A program made the position numbers and the translations under genes. From Candidatus Aminicenantes bacterium (GTDB taxonomy: Bacteria; Acidobacteriota; Aminicenantia; UBA2199): a stretch of 48,501 nt of DNA. This document shows positions 9,049-17,741 of this stretch, one piece after another. Within the stretch, counting starts at the first letter, position 1, and every line of letters begins with the position of its first letter. The stretch lies in the NCBI GenBank assembly GCA_027318645.1, contig DAHVOV010000078.1:1-48501 (forward strand), written 5' to 3'. The notes under the pieces were generated by a model, which saw nothing but the letters and a program-made list of their open reading frames with translations, did no database searches and was not told the DNA's origin.

Positions 9049-10221
9049 TCAGAAGGCTGTGACCAGGCCGACGCCGAAGCGGGGATACTCGCCCTTGTCC
9101 GAGCGGAAGGCGTAGGTGGCCTCGGCGACCAGCCGGAAGTTGCGCCGCAGCATCCAACCGCCGTGCAGGCTGGCGGCGGTGTAGCGCAGGTCCTCCTGGT
9201 CGGAATCGATCCAGTTGAAGATGCCGGCGCCGTACCAGGGGCTGTCGTCGCCGCGCGGCAGGTAGATCAGCTCGGCGAAGGCGCCGCGGGTGGCGACCTC
9301 GGCAGCATGGAACAGGAACGACGGATTGTCGTCGCGGCGCTCGACGTACTGCAGGTTCATCTCCAGCTTGCCCAGCGCCACGGTGGCGTCGGCGCCGGCC
9401 AGCCACAGCTCGTTGACCTGGCCGGTCGGCCCCTTCTCCTTGCCGTAGTAGCCGAAGGCGCCTACGCGCAGGCTCTCGCCCAGGTCCTGGCTGACCCGGG
9501 CCATGACGTTCTTGTACTTGTCGGCGTCGAAGTTGCCGTGGGGATTGGCCTCGCTGTCGCCGATGCCGCTGCCGTTGACCACCTCCAGCGTCAGGTCGGT
9601 TCCGCCCTTGAGCCCGTAGATGAGCATGATGCCGCGGTCGTATGTCAGGTCGACGCCCGACAGGCCGGGCTTGGCCTTGTAGACGGCATACGGCTCGTAG
9701 GTCAGACGCAGCTCGCCCTTGAACAGCGGGTCGGCCACCTGGAACTGGCCGACGATGACGTCAAGGTCGCCCAGCACGCCGTTGAACATCAGGAAGGCGT
9801 CCTCCAGCCCGGCCACCTTGCCGCGCTCGCTGAAGAAGAAATAGAAATAGTAGGAGACGTTGCGGAGGATCTCCCCTCCGGACAGCAGCTTGATCAGGTA
9901 GGGGGTGGAGACGTCCAGCATGCGGCCATCCTCGTGGTTGACGGAGGCGTACGCCTCGACGCGCAGCGCGATGGGCAGGTTGCGGATGAGCGACACCTTC
10001 TCGTCGCCGGTATCGGCGTAATAACGCGGCGCCTCCTTGTCCTTCAGCACGAAGCCGTTGGCGGCGAACTCCTCGCCGTAGGCCTTCAGCTTGGGAAAGG
10101 GCGCATGGCACACCTTGCACGACATCTGGTACTTGCGGGCGAAGGCCGGCATGGCCTGCAGGGTAGCGGCCGCCCCCAGGCCCAGCGCCAGCAGCAAGAG
10201 CGCGGCGGTTGTTCGTTTCAT
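9049..10221 (-). CDS. Cyc2-like fused monohaem cytochrome c / outer-membrane beta-barrel porin (390 aa)
   Basis: Signal peptide (…ATLQA), then a single CKVCH within FARKYQMSCKVCHAPFPKL. About 350 aa follow, ending in GLVTAF (terminal Phe as in OMPs). SD GAGGAGGGAG lies in the 10-nt gap after the upstream cytochrome gene. Confidence 0.65.
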   Translation of the reverse strand: MKRTTAALLLLALGLGAAATLQAMPAFARKYQMSCKVCHAPFPKLKAYGEEFAANGFVLKDKEAPRYYADTGDEKVSLIRNLPIALRVEAYASVNHEDGRMLDVSTPYLIKLLSGGEILRNVSYYFYFFFSERGKVAGLEDAFLMFNGVLGDLDVIVGQFQVADPLFKGELRLTYEPYAVYKAKPGLSGVDLTYDRGIMLIYGLKGGTDLTLEVVNGSGIGDSEANPHGNFDADKYKNVMARVSQDLGESLRVGAFGYYGKEKGPTGQVNELWLAGADATVALGKLEMNLQYVERRDDNPSFLFHAAEVATRGAFAELIYLPRGDDSPWYGAGIFNWIDSDQEDLRYTAASLHGGWMLRRNFRLVAEATYAFRSDKGEYPRFGVGLVTAF

Positions 10222-10231
10222 GTCTCCCTCC

Positions 10232-11593
10232 TCAATCGACGACCTCGATGGAGGTCGAGTGGGCGTTGACGCGGACGATCTCGGCCTCGTCGGCCGGCAC
10301 GCCCAGGAAATCGGCCACCGGCTTGACCAGCTTCTGGTAGTTCAGCACGGCGGTGACCTTCAGCGGCCCGATGGCGACGTCCTGCGGCAGGGTGAAGGTG
10401 CAGGTCTCGAGCTTGGTCTCGCGCGGCCCGATGCGGTAGTCGACCCCCTGCGACTTGGTGTTCCACTGCTGGATGGTCATCCGCCCCTGCGGGTCGAAAT
10501 AGGGCATGCGGAAGATGCGGTCGCCGAGCGGGATGCCGTCGCGCTGCACGCCGGGGAAGTTCGCGTCGTTCAGGGCGATGCCCATGTCCTGGTAGGCCAG
10601 CGCGTCGCTGCCGATGGTGTACTCCTCGCCGGCGAAGCCCTTGCGGTCCACCGGCAGGTGATAGGCCTTGCCGGCGGCGTCGACCGCCTCCACGTGCATC
10701 CAGGCGATGCGGTCCTCGACCGATCCCGAGGGGAACTTGTGCCCCGTCTTCTGGTTGAATAGGGCGATGGTGAACTTGACGCGGTCGCCCGGCTCGGCCT
10801 CTCGGATGTCGGGATGGACGCGCAGCTCGATCACTCCCGCCACCTTGCCGGGGTCATGGGCGCCGTGGAAGAGGTGCTGGCGCACGTCGGGATAGCGGTT
10901 GCCCATGGCCGCCGAGAAGCCGTCGGCATAGGTCATGTGGCAATCGTGGCAGCGCACGCCCTCCTTGCTGTACGGCCCATCCTTCCACTCCAGCTGCGTC
11001 GACTTCACCCAGACGCCATAGGGGCTCATCTCGTTGTGGCAGGTGCCGCAGAACTCGGCCTTGTTCAGGAAGTCCGACCTGGCCAGGTTGTGCTCGGGAG
11101 AGTTCTTGCCCTGGCGCGGGCCGTACTTGGTCCGGCCCGGGCTGGAGATGAAGTTGAAGTTGTGGGGCACGTCGCCGCCGAAGCCGACCGCCGTGTGGCA
11201 GACCTCGCAGGAGACCGACTCGTTGGCCCGGCTGTTCTTCTCCGGCAGCGGCGGCGGCACGTCGCCGGCCAGGAAGGCGATCGGCGCGTGGCAGCCGTTG
11301 CAGCCCGCCTTGACGCCGGCCACCGCGCTGTCCTTCTCGGCGTGGGGCACGGCCAGCTTGAAGTACTCGATCTCGTCCCAGTGGTGGGTATAGGCCTGCG
11401 ACATCATCGCCTGCTTCCACTGCTGGTAGAAATCGCCGTGGCACGACGTGCCGCAGAACTGCGGCGTCTGGTAGTCGGAGTATTTCCGCGTGGCCAGCGC
11501 CTGCTCGCCGCTCTTGACCAGGGCCTGGGCGGCCAGCCCCGCCAGCAGGAGGCCCATGGCCGCCGCGGCCGCGAAGACGGTTTTCTTGCTCAT
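10232..11593 (-). CDS. Periplasmic multihaem cytochrome c (453 aa; four CxxCH plus one CxxxCH site)
   Basis: Start at MSKKTVFAAAAAMGLLLAG (signal peptide; cat at 11591-11593). Haem motifs are CGTSCH, CNGCH, CEVCH, CGTCH and CHDCH. The C-terminal half is haem-free and contains GHKFPSG. Confidence 0.85.
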   Translation of the reverse strand: MSKKTVFAAAAAMGLLLAGLAAQALVKSGEQALATRKYSDYQTPQFCGTSCHGDFYQQWKQAMMSQAYTHHWDEIEYFKLAVPHAEKDSAVAGVKAGCNGCHAPIAFLAGDVPPPLPEKNSRANESVSCEVCHTAVGFGGDVPHNFNFISSPGRTKYGPRQGKNSPEHNLARSDFLNKAEFCGTCHNEMSPYGVWVKSTQLEWKDGPYSKEGVRCHDCHMTYADGFSAAMGNRYPDVRQHLFHGAHDPGKVAGVIELRVHPDIREAEPGDRVKFTIALFNQKTGHKFPSGSVEDRIAWMHVEAVDAAGKAYHLPVDRKGFAGEEYTIGSDALAYQDMGIALNDANFPGVQRDGIPLGDRIFRMPYFDPQGRMTIQQWNTKSQGVDYRIGPRETKLETCTFTLPQDVAIGPLKVTAVLNYQKLVKPVADFLGVPADEAEIVRVNAHSTSIEVVD

Positions 11594-11651
11594 GCTCACC
11601 CCCGGCCCCGACCCCTCGCGCGGCATCGGCGGCCCCATTCCATCCCCGCAC

Positions 11652-11680
11652 ATGCTATGAGGATGGAAGCGCGAAGTCAA
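11652..11680 (-). promoter_or_regulatory. Candidate sigma70-type promoter for the cytochrome/porin pair (TTGACT-17-TAGCAT)
   Basis: Minus strand: TTGACT (11675-11680), 17-nt spacer, TAGCAT (11652-11657). It lies just after the ccsBA stop. Confidence 0.45.
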
Positions 11681-11692
11681 TACCCGTTCCCG

Positions 11693-14479
11693 TCACGCGC
11701 GCGGCCGCTTGCGCTTGAGGCGGGCCAAGGCCAGCGCCACGAAGAGAAGCTCGCCCATGACGAAGGCGGCCAGGGCGCGGCCGATGCCGCTGGTGAAGCC
11801 GTAGGCGTGCATGCCCTTGCCCAGCAGGTTGACGCCGAACCAGGTGAGCGCCACGGCGACGACGGCGCCGACGGCGCCGGCGGCCAGCCCGGCCCGGCCG
11901 AGCCAGCCGGCGCGGCGGGCATGCAGCAGGATGGCGCACCACAGGATGATCAGCAGCGCCCCGTTCTCCTTGGGGTCCCAGCCCCAGAAGCGCCCCCAGG
12001 ACTGGTCGGCCCAGATGCCGCCCATGGCGGTGCCGATGGCGGTGAAGGCCAGGCCGAAGCCCAGGGCGGCCAGCAACATCCTCTCCCTCCGCGCGCCGGC
12101 CTCCTGGTCCCGCTGCGGCGACAGTTCCCGGACCAGCGCCCAGTGGCCGATGATGCCGGCGACGACGCAGCCGGCATAGCCCAGGGCGATGGTCACGACA
12201 TGGGTCGAGAGCCACAGATTGGAATCGAGAACGGCGGCCAGCATGCCCATGGTGTCGCCCTCGAGGGCATAGCGGCCGGCGACGGCCAGCGCGACCAGCC
12301 CGGTCAGGGCGCCGCTGAGCAGGCCCAGGCCGCGCTTCTCGAAGGCCTCGAGACCCAGCCCCAGGACCGCCCCGGCCCAGCCGAAGAAGACGAAGGTCTC
12401 ATACAGGTTGGTCACCGGCGGGCGGCCCATGATCAGCACGCGGGCGAGCAATCCTCCCGAATGCGCTGCCATCCCCGCCAGCAGCAGAATGAGCCCCAGC
12501 CGTCTCCACCAGCGCCAGCGCATACCCCGGGACAGGATGAGCAGCAGCGCGGCCAGTCCATAGGCCAGCAGGGCTTTGAAAAAGGGATCGAAGCGGTTGT
12601 AGGCGACCTCCAGGGCCATCCGCTTCCGGCCCTGGCGGACAATGGGCGAGCGCCGGTCTAGCGAGCGGTTGAAATCGCCAAGGGCGGCGGCACAGCCGTC
12701 CCAGTCCCTTTGTCCGTACGCCCTGGCGGCAGCGGCCAGCAAATCCAGCTCCCGGCCGACCTCGCCGGGAAGCCGTTCCCGGAGCGACCAGGCCGAGGCG
12801 GGGCTAAGCCACTCCGCGCCGCCGCCCGCTGCCGGCGGCACGATGGCCGGAGCCTGGGGGCCCTGGCCCACCGCGGCCCCCTCGCCGCTCCCCGACCAGG
12901 CGAAATGAAAGGCACGGGCCAGGTGGTAATATTCCGAGACGTTGTAATACAGCCGCAGGATCTCGCTTTCGGCCGCCCCGGCCGGCGCTTCTCCGCTCGC
13001 GGCGGACTGGCCGGCCAGCCGCTGCAGCTCCCCCAGGTGCGGCTGCAGCTGGCGGAAGCTGACCCGGGCGCGGCTGCGGGCGGGAAAACCGATGGCCGGC
13101 AGGACGTCGGGATGGTTGACGAGGAAGACCGCGTCGTCATGCGCCTGCCACGGTGAAAAGAAGACCCGGGCCAGCCAGGAGGACGCATCCGCGCCGCCCA
13201 GCCTGGAACGGCCGGAGAACTGCTTGAGCAGGTTGCGGGCGAAGGTGTCCATGGGCTTGACCCGGCCCTGGTCGAGAATGGCCAGCCGCCGGAACGGCTC
13301 GATCGGCGCGGCCGCCCCGGCAGGGAGGGCGAACCGCGGCAGGGCGCAGGTCAAGAGCAGCAGGAGGAGCCTCGCCTTCCCGGCAAGGGGACTGCCCGGC
13401 CGGCGACCTTCGCGCCTGGCCAGCCGCATGGCCGGGAGGAGCAGCAGCAGGCCGAGGAGCATCAGGCCGCTCGCCGCGTACGGCAGCCAGGCGCCGGCGC
13501 TGCGCACGACCGCCAGGGTCGAGCTTTCGTTCCCCGCCGGGTCCACGGCGTACGAGGATTGATAGAAGGTGTAGCCGCGGAAGCGCAGCGGCTTGTTCAT
13601 GGAGATCAGCGCCCGGCGACGATCGCCGCCGGCCTCGAGCTCGACCCAGCTCTCGAAGCTCTTGGGAACATCGGTACCCTCGTGCAGTGTCCTCCTGAAA
13701 TCGAGGAGCTTCAGCCGCAGCGGCAAGGGGATGCGTTTCGGCCGCAGGGACAGCTCCCAGGCCCCGCCTGCCAGCGCCAGGGCGACCGGCCGCTCCCCGC
13801 CGCCGCATAGGGCGACGCGGCCGCTCTCGTTGCCGGCGCCGACCCGCAGCAACAGCCCCGGATTGTTCTCCTCGGGCGCGTCCGCCGGCGGCAGCGGCTC
13901 CAGCCGGTCAGGCCCGGCCTGGCGGCAGTTCGCCAGGCGCCTCTCCACGCGCAGGACCAGGCCGGTGTTGCCGGCCGGCGCCTCCCGGCCCGGTTCCAGC
14001 AGCGTCATGTCTTCGGTCCACTCCCGCTCCGCGGCGGCGGCCCGGGAGCGAACAGCCAGCTGCCAGTCGGCCGCGGCCAGCGCCTGGCCCGCGCTCTCCC
14101 CCTCGCGCAGATGCAGGTAGGATTCCCGGGCCGTGGCGGCGATGAAGAAGCCGCCGCCGACCAGGAGCAGCAGCCCGCCATGGAGCAGCAACAGGCCCCA
14201 CTGCCGCCAGCTGCGCACCGGGCGGCGGGCGAAGGCGGCCAGCAGGTTAACGATGAACAGGGCGCCGGCCAACCGCATCCCCGGTAGGGGCAGAAAGCCG
14301 AAAAGGCGGAAGATCCAAGCGTCGAATACTCGCCGCTGCGCGGCATAGATGCCCAACTGCGCCTGGCAGACGGTGCCGGCGATCACCAGGAAAGAGATGA
14401 GCGACAGGATGACGACGGTGAACTTCAGCGAAGCCAATCCACTCAATATCCGCAAGATCCGGCGCAGGCACTTGTCCAT
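11693..14479 (-). CDS. ccsBA: Fused system II cytochrome c biogenesis protein (ResB/CcsB N-terminal part plus CcsA C-terminal part), 928 aa
   Basis: The N-terminus LKFTVVILSLISFLVIAGTVCQ is ResB-like. The C-terminus carries the WWD motif WGRFWGWDPKENGALL. Start at MDKCLRR (cat 14477-14479) with GGAGGGAG upstream. Confidence 0.85.
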   Translation of the reverse strand: MDKCLRRILRILSGLASLKFTVVILSLISFLVIAGTVCQAQLGIYAAQRRVFDAWIFRLFGFLPLPGMRLAGALFIVNLLAAFARRPVRSWRQWGLLLLHGGLLLLVGGGFFIAATARESYLHLREGESAGQALAAADWQLAVRSRAAAAEREWTEDMTLLEPGREAPAGNTGLVLRVERRLANCRQAGPDRLEPLPPADAPEENNPGLLLRVGAGNESGRVALCGGGERPVALALAGGAWELSLRPKRIPLPLRLKLLDFRRTLHEGTDVPKSFESWVELEAGGDRRRALISMNKPLRFRGYTFYQSSYAVDPAGNESSTLAVVRSAGAWLPYAASGLMLLGLLLLLPAMRLARREGRRPGSPLAGKARLLLLLLTCALPRFALPAGAAAPIEPFRRLAILDQGRVKPMDTFARNLLKQFSGRSRLGGADASSWLARVFFSPWQAHDDAVFLVNHPDVLPAIGFPARSRARVSFRQLQPHLGELQRLAGQSAASGEAPAGAAESEILRLYYNVSEYYHLARAFHFAWSGSGEGAAVGQGPQAPAIVPPAAGGGAEWLSPASAWSLRERLPGEVGRELDLLAAAARAYGQRDWDGCAAALGDFNRSLDRRSPIVRQGRKRMALEVAYNRFDPFFKALLAYGLAALLLILSRGMRWRWWRRLGLILLLAGMAAHSGGLLARVLIMGRPPVTNLYETFVFFGWAGAVLGLGLEAFEKRGLGLLSGALTGLVALAVAGRYALEGDTMGMLAAVLDSNLWLSTHVVTIALGYAGCVVAGIIGHWALVRELSPQRDQEAGARRERMLLAALGFGLAFTAIGTAMGGIWADQSWGRFWGWDPKENGALLIILWCAILLHARRAGWLGRAGLAAGAVGAVVAVALTWFGVNLLGKGMHAYGFTSGIGRALAAFVMGELLFVALALARLKRKRPRA

Positions 14480-14500
14480 CGCTCCCTCCGGGCAGGTCAC

Positions 14501-14529
14501 GTTTTAGCATGTCCGCCTTCCCGGAGCAA
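14501..14529 (-). promoter_or_regulatory. Candidate promoter for ccsBA (TTGCTC-17-TGcTAAAAC)
   Basis: Minus strand: TTGCTC (14524-14529), 17-nt spacer ending in TGC (extended -10), TAAAAC (14501-14506). Confidence 0.35.
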
Positions 14530-14601
14530 GCGCGGCCGCGTGGAGCGGGCAGCATTCGCGCCGGCGCTCGGGCCCGGCTGCGGGAGGAAACGGGAGCCTT
14601 T

Positions 14602-15912
14602 CTAATCCATCTCCAGGACCAGGGTAGGCTCGTAACAGGAGGCGCACTTCCGGCCGCCCGAGCACGGCAGTTCCCCGGCCAGCAGCAGCAGGCCGTTGTT
14701 GGCCAGGGTGCCGTCGAGCCACTGGCGCACGATCGCGGTGACGTCGCGGGTGAACTCGCTCGCCCCCAAGTCGACGTCGATGCGCTGGCCGATGGCGGGG
14801 ATGGCGGCGCCGGTCATGGGCGCATTGAGCACCCAGATGTTCTCCTGGCAGCCGCAGCCGCTCCCCGCGTCCTCGTGGATGGAGTGGACGCGCTTCATCT
14901 TCAGCTTGGCGCTCTTCAGGCTCGCCCCCTGGCCGGCGAATTCCCCCACATGGAAGAGAATTCGCGAGCGGTAGATCGCCGCCACGTTGTAGTTTTCATA
15001 GGGGAACCAGTAAACGCCGGCCTGGGCATACTGGTTGGGATTCCCGCAACTGCCGCCGAAGAGCTGCTGCCATCCCTGCGGAAGGAGGGATGACGGGAGA
15101 TATGCGCTCATGTCCCCTGGGAACGTATCATGGCAGGGATAATTCTGGATGTCCGCATCAAGGCTCACTCCCTTCTGTATCGGGATGCGCTGGGCCTTGC
15201 TGACCATGGCGTGAAGGCTCTTCAGCTCGAAGAGGGCATCGCTGTCGTCGCGGATGGCGCCGGCGGCCATGGAGCGGACGCACAGGCGGTAGGAACCGGC
15301 CGGCGCCGTGGCGCCGCCATACTCGCCCGCCTTCCAGGTCCAGGTTCCCGTCGCGGGCAGGCCGTCCTTGATCGTGCCCAAGAGCCCGCCGCCGGAATTG
15401 AGCAGCTCCAGCCGCACGCTGCCGACCTGGGCCGGTGAAATGGATTTCCAGCTCACGGGGCAATCGTGGTGCAGGAGATAGCTCTCGCCGCCGTTGGGCG
15501 CCTCCAGCCGCAGCATGACCGGCGGGGGCGGGGGCGGCAGCGGCTGGCTTTCGACGATGGCGAACGGGGCCGCGCTCTCGGCCACCTCGTCGCCGTCGAT
15601 GGCCAGGATCTTCACCGTGTAGCCCCCGCCGGGCTCGACCATGGCGCCGCTGGCCAGTCGCCCCACTTTCCAGAGAAAGGGGGAGGAGTTGGCCGCCACG
15701 CTGCTGGCGATGGCGCCGACCAGCGTGCCGTTGCGCCGCAGGCGGATGCGAACGCTCTGGCCGACGTTGGCGGCGTTCCACTGGATCGGGTAGTTGTCGG
15801 TCCCCAGGACAAGGTTCTCGCCGCCGTTGGGCTGCACCAGGGTGATGGTGCCGGCGCAGAGAACCTCCGCGGCCAGCCAGGTCATGAGGACGATCGTCAT
15901 CTTGCGGCTCAT
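14602..15912 (-). CDS. Secreted protein with two tandem Ig-like repeats, a poly-Pro linker and a Cys-containing C-terminal domain (436 aa)
   Basis: Signal peptide MSRKMTIVLMTWLAAEVLCAG. The internal duplication is LVQPNGGENLVLG…PFAIV versus LEAPNGGESYLLH…ALFELK, separated by PLPPPPPPV. SD GGAGGAGG. No family assigned with certainty. Confidence 0.6.
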   Translation of the reverse strand: MSRKMTIVLMTWLAAEVLCAGTITLVQPNGGENLVLGTDNYPIQWNAANVGQSVRIRLRRNGTLVGAIASSVAANSSPFLWKVGRLASGAMVEPGGGYTVKILAIDGDEVAESAAPFAIVESQPLPPPPPPVMLRLEAPNGGESYLLHHDCPVSWKSISPAQVGSVRLELLNSGGGLLGTIKDGLPATGTWTWKAGEYGGATAPAGSYRLCVRSMAAGAIRDDSDALFELKSLHAMVSKAQRIPIQKGVSLDADIQNYPCHDTFPGDMSAYLPSSLLPQGWQQLFGGSCGNPNQYAQAGVYWFPYENYNVAAIYRSRILFHVGEFAGQGASLKSAKLKMKRVHSIHEDAGSGCGCQENIWVLNAPMTGAAIPAIGQRIDVDLGASEFTRDVTAIVRQWLDGTLANNGLLLLAGELPCSGGRKCASCYEPTLVLEMD

Positions 15913-15966
15913 CGCGCACCTCCTCCCCGCTTTTTACCGGTTACATATGAGCGGAGGCGGATTATC

Positions 15967-16932
15967 TCAGCATTCCCGGCCTTCCGGGCCGTGAGAGGCG
16001 GGACCCCCGGGCCCGCGGGCCTCCCCTGTTCCCTGCGACATGGGCTCGCGCCCGAGCCGGGTGAGGACGATGCCGGAAAAAATGACCGCCGCGCCGAGGA
16101 GCAGGGACGCGCCCACTCGTTCGCCGAGGATCAGGGCGGCGGCCAGTACGGCGAGCACCGGCTGCAGGTTGTAGATCGCGGCCGTCCGGCTGTTGCCCAC
16201 CCGGCGCACCGAGAAGAACCACAGCACCATGGCCAGGGAGAGGGCGATCGTCCCCGAGAACAGCAGGCACAGCCAGGCCTTGGTGGAGACGGCGCCCCAG
16301 GAGAAGCGGAGCAGCGGCCGGACGGCGAGCGGCAGGAACATCAGCGTGCCCAGGCCCATGGTCACCGCCGTGAACTTCAGCGGCGAATACGTCCTCAGCA
16401 GCGGCCGCGCCGAGACCGTGTAGTGGGACCACAGGAACACGGCGGCGAACAGGATCAGGTCCCCCTTCCAGGTGCGGGCCGACAGGGACATGCCGCCGAC
16501 GCGGCCGCTGACGACGAGGTAGATCCCGGCGAAGCCCAGGGCGATGCCCAGCCAGCCCAGCGGGCGGATCCGGTCCTGCTTGAAGAACGAGCTGAGCAGG
16601 GAGATCATGATCGGCCCGCTGCCGAAGATGACGGCCGTGTTGGCGGCGGTCGTGCGGTCGATGCCGAAGATGAAGAGGTACTGGTACAGGGCATAGCCCG
16701 AGAAGGACAGCAGGAGGATCCTGGGCAGGTCGCGCCGTCGCAGCCGCAGGTCCCCTTCGCTGGCCAGCAGCCAGCCGAGCAGGACGGCGGAGGCGAGGAG
16801 CAGGCGGATGCCGTTGAAGGGCAGGGGCGGCATCTCGGCCAGGGCGATCTTGACCAGCGAGATGTTCACCGCCCAGAACGCCACCACCAGCAGGACCAGC
16901 AGATCGTTCGCCGAAGGCTTCCAGCGTGCCAT
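15967..16932 (-). CDS. DMT-superfamily (EamA-type) transporter, 321 aa
   Basis: Start at MARWKPSANDLLVLLVVAFWAVNISLVK (cat 16930-16932). Ten hydrophobic segments form two EamA-like halves. Confidence 0.85.
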   Translation of the reverse strand: MARWKPSANDLLVLLVVAFWAVNISLVKIALAEMPPLPFNGIRLLLASAVLLGWLLASEGDLRLRRRDLPRILLLSFSGYALYQYLFIFGIDRTTAANTAVIFGSGPIMISLLSSFFKQDRIRPLGWLGIALGFAGIYLVVSGRVGGMSLSARTWKGDLILFAAVFLWSHYTVSARPLLRTYSPLKFTAVTMGLGTLMFLPLAVRPLLRFSWGAVSTKAWLCLLFSGTIALSLAMVLWFFSVRRVGNSRTAAIYNLQPVLAVLAAALILGERVGASLLLGAAVIFSGIVLTRLGREPMSQGTGEARGPGGPASHGPEGREC

Positions 16933-16995
16933 GAGGCGCCATGGTATCACGGCGCGGACGGCCCGGCAAGGCGCAGTGCAGGACTGCCAGGATTC

Positions 16996-17198
16996 AGTGA
17001 CGAGTAACAAGTGACGAGTGACGAGGAAGAGTGGAACTGGGCATACGGCGGACGGCGGACGGCAACAGCAATGAATGAACTGTTGTGATTCGTGATTCGC
17101 AACGGCAAGAGACTGGTTCATGTCGTTGCGAACACAAACACGATCACGAACGCTCAGAGTTCGTTTCGTTGCGGTTCCGCGTCACGCGTCACGCGTTA
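16996..17198. repeat. Composite imperfect palindrome built from heptanucleotide tandem arrays
   Basis: Arrays: AGTGACG-type (16996-17023), ACGGCGG-type (17045-17065), YGTGATT (17084-17104), their complements (17124-17151) and CGCGTCA-type (17178-17198). The perfect 9-bp core TTCGCAACG (17096-17104) pairs with CGTTGCGAA (17124-17132). Confidence 0.7.
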
Positions 17199-17274
17199 CG
17201 ATTGCTCGTATTATTTATACACCGAGATCCGAGAATCCCATGCCGGTCGCCGGCACGGCCCCAGCCCTGCTGAA

Positions 17275-17319
17275 AAATCAGATAAAAAGAACGGGGGCAA
17301 AGGCATGGCCTTCGCCCCC
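17275..17319 (-). terminator. Intrinsic terminator of the ECF-sigma operon
   Basis: Minus strand: GGGGGCGAAGGC-CATG-CCTTTGCCCCC hairpin (17293-17319), followed by GTTCTTTTTATCTGATTTTT. Confidence 0.7.
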
Positions 17320-17347
17320 GCGCGATCGGATCTTTTCCCGTCCCGGG

Positions 17348-17722
17348 CTACTCCAGCCAGATCTTGACCGTTTCTCCGTCCTCCGTCTCGAGTTCGACCA
17401 GGGACATGGGCCCGGCCTTCTTCAAGTCGTTCCAGACCCGCTTGAGATCGACTTGGCAGTCGCCGTTGACGCGGAACTCCTTCTCCGGGGTGGCATTCAT
17501 CATGATCTCCACCAGGGAGACGGGCAGGGTGATCTTGACGTTCTCCCCCTTGTCGCTCTTGCCGGTGACGACGATCTTGAACCATTGCGCCACCCCACCC
17601 TTGTCCGGGTTGTGGACCGCGTTCTTGACGATCTTGTAGTCGTCGGCGGCCGTGGCGAAAAGCCCCAGGGCGGCCGTGACCGCGAGCAGGGCGACCAGCA
17701 GCACACAGATTCCTCTCTTCAT
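17348..17722 (-). CDS. Small secreted protein (124 aa) sharing its C-terminal domain with the upstream TPR/HEAT protein
   Basis: Signal peptide MKRGICVLLVALLAVTAALG. SD GAGGAGGA. The C-terminal …VKITLPVSLVEI…VDLKRVWNDL…EDGETVKIWLE parallels …ISIAIPLALADV…VDRLLEQLL…EDVIVRIWIE of the 17742-18569 product. Confidence 0.65.
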   Translation of the reverse strand: MKRGICVLLVALLAVTAALGLFATAADDYKIVKNAVHNPDKGGVAQWFKIVVTGKSDKGENVKITLPVSLVEIMMNATPEKEFRVNGDCQVDLKRVWNDLKKAGPMSLVELETEDGETVKIWLE

Positions 17723-17741
17723 TTTTCCTCCTCGATTCCTT

